Origin: Candidatus Cloacimonadales bacterium
GTDB lineage: Bacteria > Cloacimonadota > Cloacimonadia > Cloacimonadales > JAFGVF01
Direction of reading: 5' to 3'
Length of the DNA stretch: 64,000 nt
Assembly: GCA_963662585.1 (NCBI GenBank)
Contig: OY759729.1
Location: 1,792,001-1,856,000 of the forward strand
Both the position numbers and the translations under genes were made by a program. This document shows, piece after piece, positions 20,384 through 29,413 of the stretch; position 1 is the stretch's first letter; each line of letters starts with the position of its first letter. The notes under the pieces are model-generated. The model was not told the origin of the DNA. It ran no database searches and saw only the letters and a program-made list of their open reading frames with translations.

Positions 20384-20773
20384 CGGAGAGACAAAGAGAT
20401 GGAGATTTTTTTCGCCTGTGGCTCAAAGACGGGGAGACGGGGTGATGGAGAGAATGTAGGGGCAAAACATTTTTTGCCCAATGAATGATTAGAGATTCTG
20501 AAAAATGGACTTTTTCCAAGTCAGAAGATGGAGAGACAAAGAGATAGAGAGGGGAATTAAGCCACGAACTAAAGGTCCTTAACCCTATTTATAAAGATAT
20601 AAAGATAGACAAAGAGAATGGAGCTTTGATTAAAGGTTTTCATTGAATACAAAGAATTATTAGAATGGAAAACAAGAAGATAATGATTTATGGAAAAGAT
20701 GGATGTAAGAGTATTTTTCTTTCTCTCTATCACTCCCTCTCTCCATCACTTTGTCTTTTTTTCAAGGAAATAT

Positions 20774-21142
20774 ATGAATATATATAAATTAATTAGATGG
20801 TTTTTAGTCCTCTATCTCATAACACTGATAACAGTATCGGTAATTCCCTTAGGGAGTGTGAGTAGAGAAATTACTAATGTTACAGTAATTCATCTGCGAG
20901 GAGATTATTTTTTACATTTGCTGGTGTATCTTCCGGTAGTGTCCCTCTTAATGCTTAGTTTGCAGAAATGGAAGTGGAAAATGCTACTTGTAGCTTTTGG
21001 TGTAGCGATAGGTTTGGAATATATCCAAATGTTGCTTCCTTATAGAAGCTTTAATATTAATGACTTGATTGCTAATGCTTCTGGGGTTCTTGTAGGAGCT
21101 TTGATTTATCCTCTAATTACACGGATTTCAAGAATTCTGTAA
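20774..21142 (+). CDS. VanZ family membrane protein
   Basis: DYFLH..Y, EYIQ..LPYRSF...DLIAN..G; AAGGA RBS before ATG 20774. Confidence 0.85.
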   Translation: MNIYKLIRWFLVLYLITLITVSVIPLGSVSREITNVTVIHLRGDYFLHLLVYLPVVSLLMLSLQKWKWKMLLVAFGVAIGLEYIQMLLPYRSFNINDLIANASGVLVGALIYPLITRISRIL

Positions 21143-21148
21143 AGATTC

Positions 21149-21679
21149 AAAATTATGGACATAACCCTGTAAGGATTTAATCAAATTTATATAATAAGGT
21201 CCTTGCACCTTAAATTTTCCAGTTCTCCGCTAGAGCGTCGAACCACTAATGGTGGGTTGCTTTGTGCTACCAAGAAACAGCTCCTCTGGAGCTAAAACCA
21301 ATGAATTAACTCAGAATGATGCTAGCAAGAAACCGCTCCGCTGACAGGAACCAAAATTATCTCTTTATGATACCAAGATTGAACCAAGCATATCTCTTCG
21401 CTTCGGAGAAGCGGTTTCTTGGTAGTCATGAGTACCTATCACGAACACCTTCGCTCCGTAGGTGCGAATTTATTTTAATTAAATAGCATATTATATAATA
21501 TTTATTAACAAATAATATAAATATATTTTGTTTGTATACTTTTTTACTAGCAAGGAAAAATAATATCCCTGAAAGGGATTAATAGATTAGCCTGGGGTAA
21601 GATCCTATAGGGATCGTCACCCCAGGTGCAATATCTAAAATTATGGACATAACCCTGTAAGGGTTTAATCAAATTTATA
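21149..21679. repeat. Hairpin-rich segment bounded by ~42-bp direct repeats
   Basis: AAAATTATGGACATAACCCTGTAAGG(A/G)TTTAATCAAATTTATA at ~21149-21191 and ~21637-21679; internal palindromes AGCTCCTCTGGAGCT and ATCCCTGAAAGGGAT. Confidence 0.75.
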
Positions 21680-21696
21680 GAAGGATTAATGAGAAA

Positions 21697-24691
21697 TTTT
21701 ATAAGGTATTTCGCACGCAAGGGTGCATGCAATCCGGCAGAAGAGGTCTTATCATGCTGTAAACTATCATCTTTAGTGATTAACTGGGGTTACGGACCTT
21801 TAGTCCGTGAATACATCAGGCTGTATTTCAGTCTGTTTTATTTAATCCCTTTGGGATTGAATGACACAGGGGGTGTTTTCTTCTATGGAGTGGAAGCGTC
21901 TCTGCTTCCACATTAGACAAAAATAAGATAACATTAGAATTTTATAAGGTTTTTCGCATGCAAGGGTGCATGCAATCCGGCAGAAGAGGTCTTATCACAT
22001 TTGTTACCTTTTTAGGATATGTCGCCCTGCTAGGGCTATATGCTGGTTGTTTCCTCTAGGAGTGTCTTGCGAACACTCCCTGTTATATGTTATCCCTCCG
22101 GGATGTAAAAGGCTCGACAAGAATACAGCACATTAAACCAGGATTAAAGAGGTCAACATTATTCACCATTCTACCAGCTCCCTCTGCAGCTAAGAAGATT
22201 TTGAAGGATTAATGAGAAATTTTATAAGGTATTTCGCACGCAAGGGTGCATGCAATCTGGCAGAAGAGGTCTTATCATGCTGTAAACTATCATCTTTAGT
22301 GATTAACTGGGGTTACGGACCTTTAGTCCGTGAATACATCAGGCTGTATTTCAGTCTGTTTTATTTAATCCCTTTGGGATTGAATGACACAGGGGGTGTT
22401 TACTTCTATGGAGTGGAAGCGTCTCTGCTTCCACATTAGTCAAAAATAAAATAACATTAGAATTTTATAAGGTTTTTCGCATGCAAGGGTGCATGCAATC
22501 CGGCAGAAGAGGTCTTATCAAATTTGTTACCTTTTTAGGATATGTCGCCCTGCTAGGGCTATATGCTGGTTGTTTCTTCTAGGAGTGTCTTGCGAACACT
22601 CCCTGTTATATGTTATCCCTCCGGGATGTAAGAGGTCCCGTATCAAGTATTTATTACAGCACATTAAACCAGGATTAAAGAGGTCAACATTATTCACCAA
22701 TCTACCAGCTGCCTCTGCAGCTAATAAGATTTTGAAGGATTAATGAAATATTTTTATAAGGTATTTCGCACGCAAGGGTGCATGCAATCCGGCAGAAGAG
22801 GTCTTATCACATTTGTTACCTTTTTAGGATATGTCGCCCTGCTAGGGCTAAATGCTGGATGTTTCTTCTAGGAGTGTCTTGCGAACACTCCCTGTTATAT
22901 GTTATCCCTCCGGGATGTAAGAGGTCCCGTATCAAGTATTTATTACAGCACATTAAACCAGGATTAAAGAGGTCAACATTATTCACCAATCTACCAGCTG
23001 CCTCTGCAGCTAAGAAGATTTTGAAGGATTAATGAGAAATTTTATAAGGTATTTCGCACGCAAGGGTGCATGCAATCCGGCAGAAGAGTTCTTATCATGC
23101 TGTAAACTATCATCTTTAGTGATTAACTGGGGTTACGGACCTTTAGTCCGTGAATACATCAGGCTGTATTTCAGTCTGTTTTATTTAATCCCTTTGGGAT
23201 TGAATGACACAGGGGGTGTTTTCTTCTATGGAGTGGAAGCGTCTCTGCTTCCACATTAGACAAAAATAAGATAACATTAGAATTTTATAAGGTTTTTCGC
23301 ATGCAAGGGTGCATGCAATCCGGCAGAAGAGTTCTTATCATATTTGTTACCTTTTTAGGATATGTCGCCCTGCTAGGGCTATATGCTGGTTGTTTCTTCT
23401 AGGAGTGTCTTGCGAACACTCCCTGGTATATGTTATCCCTCCGGGATGTAAGAGGTCCCGTATCAAGTATTTATTACAGCACATTAAACCAGGATTAAAG
23501 AGGTCAACATTATTCACCATTCTACCAGCTCCCTCTGCAGCTAAGAAGATTTTGAAGGATTAATGAGAAATTTTATAAGGTATTTCGCACGTAAGGGTGC
23601 ATGCAATCTGGCAGAAGAGGTCTTATCATGCTGTAAACTATCATCTTTAGTGATTAACTGGGGTTACGGACCTTTAGTCCGTGAATACATCAGGCTGTAT
23701 TTCAGTCTGTTTTATTTAATCCCTTTGGGATTGAATGACACAGGGGGTGTTTACTTCTATGGAGTGGAAGCGTCTCTGCTTCCACATTAGTCAAAAATAA
23801 AATAACATTAGAATTTTATAAGGTTTTTCGCATGCAAGGGTGCATGCAATCCGGCAGAAGAGGTCTTATCAAATTTGTTACCTTTTTAGGATATGTCGCC
23901 CTGCTAGGGCTATATGCTGGTTGTTTCTTCTAGGAGTGTCTTGCGAACACTCCCTGTTATATGTTATCCCTCCGGGATGTAAGAGGTCCCGTATCAAGTA
24001 TTTATTACAGCACATTAAACCAGGATTAAAGAGGTCAACATTATTCACCATTCTACCAGCTCCCTCTGCAGCTAAGAAGATTTTGAAGGATTAATGAGAT
24101 ATTTTATAAGGTATTTCGCACGCAAGGGTGCATGCAATCCGGCAGAAGAGGTCTTATGATGCTGTAAACTATCATCTTTAGTGATTAACTGGGGTTACGG
24201 ACCTTTAGTCCGTGAATACATCAGGCTGTATTTCAGTCTGTTTTATTTAATCCCTTTGGGATTGAATGACACAGGGTGTGTTTTCTTCTATGGAGTGGAA
24301 GCGTCTCTGCTTCCACATTAGACAAAAATAAGATAACATTAGAATTTTATAAGGTTTTTCGCATGCAAGGGTGCATGCAATCCGGCAGAAGAGGTCTTAT
24401 CACATTTGTTACCTTTTTAGGATATGTCGCCCTGCCAGGGCTATATTCTGGTTGTTTCTTCTAGGAGTGTCTTGTGAACACTCCCTGTTATATGTTATCC
24501 CTCCGGGATGTAAGAGGTCCCGTATCAAGTATTTATTACAGCACATTAAACCAGGATTAAAGAGGTCAACATTATTCACCATTCTACCAGCTCCCTCTGC
24601 AGCTAAGAAGATTTTGAAGGATTAATGAAATATTTTTATAAGGTATTTCGCACGCAAGGGTGCATGCAATCTGGCAGAAGAGGTCTTATCA
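21697..24691 (+). repeat. Tandem array: 12 x 58-bp repeat R separating modules A (~185 bp, 5x) and B (~230 bp, 6x)
   Basis: R = TTTTATAAGGT(A/T)TTTCGCA(C/T)GCAAGGGTGCATGCAATC(C/T)GGCAGAAGAGGTCTTATCA starting at 21697, 21940, 22220, 22463, 22752, 23040, 23283, 23571, 23814, 24102, 24345, 24634. Confidence 0.95.
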
Positions 24692-24783
24692 TTTACTTAA
24701 GTTAATACTAAAACTCTGTGTTAAGGAACTTCTCTTATTCTTTCTTATTAGTGAAATTAGTGGATAGATTCTTCTTGCTTAAA

Positions 24784-26742
24784 CTAATCATTAATCAAGG
24801 AGAATTTAATAATATCCTTTTCAGGGTCTATTCTGTCAATTATAAGATTAACACTATCTCCAACAAGGAGTTCTTCTTTGCATCTAATATTATACCTTTT
24901 TCCAAAAGAGAGTAATTCGCAGGTGTAATTATTTTGGTTATCACTAACGACTACTGCAGGTAGTGGTTCATAGAGAAGATTCTGTTTTAAGTATTTCAGG
25001 AACCAATAATTAAAGGAACTAGAATAAAGTTGAGAGTAGTTTTTGTTTGTCCATTCGATATCAGAAAGGAAGCTAAGTAACTCTTCTTGGGTGTAGGAAA
25101 AGATTTGATTCTTTAAATAACCTGTTATTTGACGCTGTGTTAATAAGTCAAAATACCTGCGTAAAGGCGAAGTAATCTGAGAATAGTAATCAACACCTAA
25201 TCCGTAATGTTTTCCTGGAATAGAAGAGAAATTAGAAGGACGGATAAGTCTGATGAGTTTATCATTCATTATTGGGTCATAATAATCTGGCTGAAGAAAG
25301 TGCTTATAATCCTCATTGGGCATTTCTTGAATTCTGTAGATATAAGGGATATTATTCGTAGAAGCAAATTCAGCAAGACTTGTATTCATTTGGATCATTA
25401 ATTCACTGATAATTTTACGGGAGAATGATCTTTGGTTAGTCATTTTCAAAGTTACTTCATCATTGATTACCCTCATTTCAATTTCAGGTCTGTTAATCTC
25501 GATTGCTCCAGCTTCAAATCTTCTATTTCTAAGATTATCAGTTAATTTTCTGAGAATATTAAAATCACTATTGGCTTCGTTTTTGGATTTCTTCAGTATT
25601 TTATCAAATTCATCGTAGGATATTTTGTGAGTTACTGCTAGTTTTGATAAGATAATTTTTTTATCTAATAACTCAAATTCTGGTGAGAAAGTGAATAGAG
25701 TGCTGAGAGTTGGGCGTATTTGTCCTTTAACTAAGCTGAGTTTATCATGACTAAGTTCAGGAGGAAGCATTGGGATTTCTCCAGTTTCAAGATAGACAGT
25801 AGAGACTCTTTGATTAGCTACTTTGTCTAAGAGTGAATCCTTAGGGATATAGCTTCCTAAATCTGTTATATGAACACCAAGAAGATAGTTACCTTCAATT
25901 ATGTCGAAAGATATAGCATCATCAATTTCTTTAGTATCCTCACTGTCTATAGTATAGCTAGTGAGGTGAGATAGGTCTTCTCTTCCTGTGAGGTCAATTT
26001 TTAGATGATTAGCTTCATCAATTTCTGCTAGGGAAAATTCAGTAGTAAGACCGTAGATTATAGCAAATTTATCTGAATCCTGAGCTACTTTATCATTAAT
26101 CTTTAAAATATTATAAACAAAGAAGCGACTATCTTGTCCGTTAGCATATTTATCAATAACGGAAGTAAGTACTTGATTTTCAGGCTTCTTTAACCAAGAA
26201 AAAAGACAGTCGAATATTTTAGAATCGACTGCTTGGTCATTTCTCATTGCTAAACCAATATTGTCAGAGTAGAAGCTATGAATCTCAAGTTTCTCTTTCT
26301 CTTTTTTCTCTTGAACTAGTATTTCCTCAATCTGTTCTAAAGAGCGGGGAGTAACTTGTAGTCCTTTTCTTTTGAAGTGATTTTTTTCTTCTCTAATTGC
26401 CCGAAAAAGAGCAGATTGGATTAAGGTACTAGGACTATCTATTAAAAAAGAGGCTAGTTCCTCTATAGAATACTCTCTACTATCTTCTTGGGTAAGTTCC
26501 CATAGGTCCATAACTGAGATATTATCTTTTTCTGATTCTATTAAATGGTCCAAATCAGAGATAGCACTTGAAAGGTTATCTTGAGATAGAACTTGATGTT
26601 GGAAAAGTATCCGACTACTAGTTAATTTTAGTTTTTGCTTAGAAGCTTTCTCAACAACAATACGATTATCTGATTCTTCTGTTTTCTTACCAAAATGAAT
26701 TTCATTACCTTCGAAGTATTCTACTATCTCTAATTTTTCCAT
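24784..26742 (-). CDS. RNB-domain exoribonuclease (RNase II/R family)
   Basis: TIDSEDTKEIDDAIS, VHITD, HYGLG..YSQITSPLRRYFDL. Confidence 0.9.
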   Translation of the reverse strand: MEKLEIVEYFEGNEIHFGKKTEESDNRIVVEKASKQKLKLTSSRILFQHQVLSQDNLSSAISDLDHLIESEKDNISVMDLWELTQEDSREYSIEELASFLIDSPSTLIQSALFRAIREEKNHFKRKGLQVTPRSLEQIEEILVQEKKEKEKLEIHSFYSDNIGLAMRNDQAVDSKIFDCLFSWLKKPENQVLTSVIDKYANGQDSRFFVYNILKINDKVAQDSDKFAIIYGLTTEFSLAEIDEANHLKIDLTGREDLSHLTSYTIDSEDTKEIDDAISFDIIEGNYLLGVHITDLGSYIPKDSLLDKVANQRVSTVYLETGEIPMLPPELSHDKLSLVKGQIRPTLSTLFTFSPEFELLDKKIILSKLAVTHKISYDEFDKILKKSKNEANSDFNILRKLTDNLRNRRFEAGAIEINRPEIEMRVINDEVTLKMTNQRSFSRKIISELMIQMNTSLAEFASTNNIPYIYRIQEMPNEDYKHFLQPDYYDPIMNDKLIRLIRPSNFSSIPGKHYGLGVDYYSQITSPLRRYFDLLTQRQITGYLKNQIFSYTQEELLSFLSDIEWTNKNYSQLYSSSFNYWFLKYLKQNLLYEPLPAVVVSDNQNNYTCELLSFGKRYNIRCKEELLVGDSVNLIIDRIDPEKDIIKFSLIND

Positions 26743-26834
26743 TAATCTTTAGTCCTAAATTTTTGACTGATGTTTTCAGCCTTCTTTCTCGTGTATTATA
26801 TCATACACTTGTATCAAGCTGTTCTCTATTTCTA

Positions 26835-28124
26835 TTACTTGGAGTTTTTACTCTCTGTCTGCTTTGCATTAATAGCTTCTCGCTTGAAAGGCATGGTCAT
26901 ACAACGACAGCCACCACCACCTCTAGCTAATTCTGAACCCTCAATAGCTACACAGTATCTCTCATAATCAGCAATATTTGTCTTCTTAGAAACAATATCT
27001 CGAGCAGGAATAATAGCATAACCATGTTTAGCTAATTCATCCATTGTGTGAGTATTTCTTCCGTAACCAAGGACTTTTCCAGGTCCAACAGAAAAGAAGT
27101 TTGTTCCACTATGCCATTGCTCTCTTTCTTGAGTCCAAACATCTGTTCTTCCTCCACAAAAGAGTGGTTCAACTTCATGACCTAAACTCTTTAAAGCTGT
27201 AATGAGGTTGTTTTCATAAGAGATTTTAACTTCTCCATTTCTGATTAAAATAGAGACAGTTTCTAGTCGATTATTTTTTAATATTACAGGTTCATAAACC
27301 ATACATTGATTAAAATCTAAGAAAGTAAATACCATGTCTAAATGGATAAAGGATTCTGGAGCGAGAGGTAGTTCCTGAACAATAATATTGAAGTCCTTAC
27401 CACTATTTTTATAATGCTCTATTAAGTAATCTATACCTTCAGATGTCGTTCTTCCTCCCATTCCGATAAGTAGAGTATTCTCATTAGCCACAAGTACATC
27501 ACCACCTTCGATAGTAATCTTATGAGCAGGAACTTTTTTGGAGTTAAGTGGATTGAAAGTTCTTGTTTTAAAATCAGGATGATAATCAAAGATAGTTTCC
27601 ATTATTATGGATTCTCTCTCTCTCACTTGATTAGCCATCTTTCCAATTAATACTTCATTGCCAATAGACATAGAAGCATCTCTCATGAAAAAGAAGTTAT
27701 GTAAAGGGCGTAAAATATATTTCTCTTGACTAAGAAAATTAGTCAGATTATTCTTCTTAAGAACTACTCCTTCAAATAATTGACGAGTTGTTTCTTTAGG
27801 TGAAAGTGCCATTAGAGAGCTAAAGATTCTTGGCTCATTCTCATTCTGGCATATTTTGTGAATAAGATTGTGTTTAACTTTTTCGTTGATCAAAACCTCT
27901 GTAAGTAAATCTCTTACTTCATAAGTGTTAGTTATCATTGAAAGAACATCGTAAAAATCTGAATACTCTTTATCTGCTACATTTAAATTTAGAATATCAC
28001 TGTAAAGTGCTTTTTCTGCATTTCCCGGAGTCATGTTCTCAACTTCTCTGCCAGGTCTATGGAGAATTACACCATCTAATTTACCGACTTCAGAAGAGAC
28101 TTGCACAGGTATTAAGTTTGTCAT
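26835..28124 (-). CDS. arcA: Arginine deiminase
   Basis: SEVGKL, FMRD, IEGGDV, HLDMV, GSELARGGGGCRCMTMP. Confidence 0.92.
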   Translation of the reverse strand: MTNLIPVQVSSEVGKLDGVILHRPGREVENMTPGNAEKALYSDILNLNVADKEYSDFYDVLSMITNTYEVRDLLTEVLINEKVKHNLIHKICQNENEPRIFSSLMALSPKETTRQLFEGVVLKKNNLTNFLSQEKYILRPLHNFFFMRDASMSIGNEVLIGKMANQVRERESIIMETIFDYHPDFKTRTFNPLNSKKVPAHKITIEGGDVLVANENTLLIGMGGRTTSEGIDYLIEHYKNSGKDFNIIVQELPLAPESFIHLDMVFTFLDFNQCMVYEPVILKNNRLETVSILIRNGEVKISYENNLITALKSLGHEVEPLFCGGRTDVWTQEREQWHSGTNFFSVGPGKVLGYGRNTHTMDELAKHGYAIIPARDIVSKKTNIADYERYCVAIEGSELARGGGGCRCMTMPFKREAINAKQTESKNSK

Positions 28125-28154
28125 TTAAATCTCCTTTAATGGGATAGGAATTTT

Positions 28155-28192
28155 AAAAAAAATCCCTGTACTTAAACTGTTAGCACAGGGAT
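28155..28192 (-). terminator. Rho-independent terminator after the efp operon
   Basis: ATCCCTGT...ACAGGGAT stem with A8 on the plus strand. Confidence 0.7.
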
Positions 28193-28210
28193 ATAATAAA
28201 TCAATTCAAA

Positions 28211-28423
28211 TTAAGCGTTAACTTTTCCAGCTGCTATATCTTTTTCATTGCATTTACACATGCTAACAAATTGATATTTAGGAGCCCAAGTGTTTCCTTT
28301 GCTATTTCTGGATCTAACTAATTTAATCTTTTTTACTTCTGAATTACAAACTGGGCAAATTACCTTACCTTCACTTGAAAGTTCATGGGCAAGTTTTGCC
28401 GCAAATGCTTTTCCTTTTGCCAT
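28211..28423 (-). CDS. Small basic Cys-rich protein (CxxC...CxC)
   Basis: 70 aa, AGGAGG RBS, directly downstream of efp. Confidence 0.8.
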   Translation of the reverse strand: MAKGKAFAAKLAHELSSEGKVICPVCNSEVKKIKLVRSRNSKGNTWAPKYQFVSMCKCNEKDIAAGKVNA

Positions 28424-28457
28424 ATAATCCTCCTAGGGATATCTTATTATTGTTGTT

Positions 28458-29018
28458 TTAAGCTCTTTCTATATATTCACCATTTCTGGTGTCAATCTTA
28501 ATCTTCTCACCTTGTTCTACAAAGAAAGGAACAGTAATTCTCAAACCTGTTTCAGTAATAGCAACTTTTCCACTTCCTGAAGCAGTGTTTCCTTTGAAGT
28601 TAGGCTCACACTCAGCAATTTCTTGAATCACATAAACAGGTAATTCTATATCAACAATCTCCATATCGGGAGTTGTTTTGATAGTAATCTGCATATTTTC
28701 TTTCAAGAATTTTGCATATTTTTCCATAACATTTTGGTGCACATTCATCATCTCATAATTCTCTAAATCCATGAGTACATAAAATTCACCATCTCTGTAT
28801 AAATACTCTTTTTTACTCTTTTCTATTCTAACTTCATTAAATGTTTCGTTGATCCTGAAAGAGTTATCAATAACTTGACCAGTTCTCACATTTCTTAATT
28901 TCGATCTTACAAAGGTATTACCTTTACCTGGTTTAACATGAAGGAATTCGATAAATTCGTAAATTCCATTTTTCCATTCTATAATCATTCCATTACGGAT
29001 ATCAGAAGTTGAAGCCAT
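28458..29018 (-). CDS. efp: Elongation factor P
   Basis: HVKPGKG loop, ETGLRITVPFFV, IDTRNGEY. Confidence 0.97.
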   Translation of the reverse strand: MASTSDIRNGMIIEWKNGIYEFIEFLHVKPGKGNTFVRSKLRNVRTGQVIDNSFRINETFNEVRIEKSKKEYLYRDGEFYVLMDLENYEMMNVHQNVMEKYAKFLKENMQITIKTTPDMEIVDIELPVYVIQEIAECEPNFKGNTASGSGKVAITETGLRITVPFFVEQGEKIKIDTRNGEYIERA

Positions 29019-29302
29019 ATATTCCTCTTTATTTTATTATCTCAACTATGACAAAAAAATTAAAGTAACAAATATGGCAAGAAAAAAATCTAAATACTTT
29101 CAAGTAATCTCTTTATAACTATAATTTTAGCCTCAAATTCCACAAATAAATCACAAAAGAAGTTTTGTAAAACTACTAAGTGTTTTTTATTAATTTTTAG
29201 TGTCGCTAAAAATATCAATATAATTTTTAGTAGCTAGCTAGGTGAAATATTCGGTACTATCTAGCTTCAAACATAACTTAATCAGTAATTTATATTTTTT
29301 TA

Positions 29303-29331
29303 TTGACAATTATTTAGTAACAGTATATTGT
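29303..29331 (+). promoter_or_regulatory. Candidate sigma70 promoter
   Basis: TTGACA-N17-TATTGT upstream of the histidine kinase gene. Confidence 0.5.
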
Positions 29332-29413
29332 AGTAAAACATTATTATTCAATGAAGACTGTGAATGATTTGGACCTATAAAAAGGCTATGGTAGTTTTTT
29401 TTGAGGAGTAAAT

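Noticed and set aside
21689..24625. Repeated 75-aa and 84-aa ORFs as real genes (e.g. a toxin-antitoxin pair), given the TAATG stop/start overlap
   Set aside because: They run through palindromes, copies differ by many amino-acid-changing substitutions, one copy of each is broken, and no motif is recognisable; not strictly excluded without Ribo-seq
21697..24691. CRISPR array
   Set aside because: The repeat is 58 bp, the spacers are 185-230 bp and are only two recurring sequences, and there are no cas genes in the window
21697..24691. Integron attC cassette array
   Set aside because: No integrase in the window, no RYYYAAC...GTTRRRY ends on R, and the modules lack credible genes
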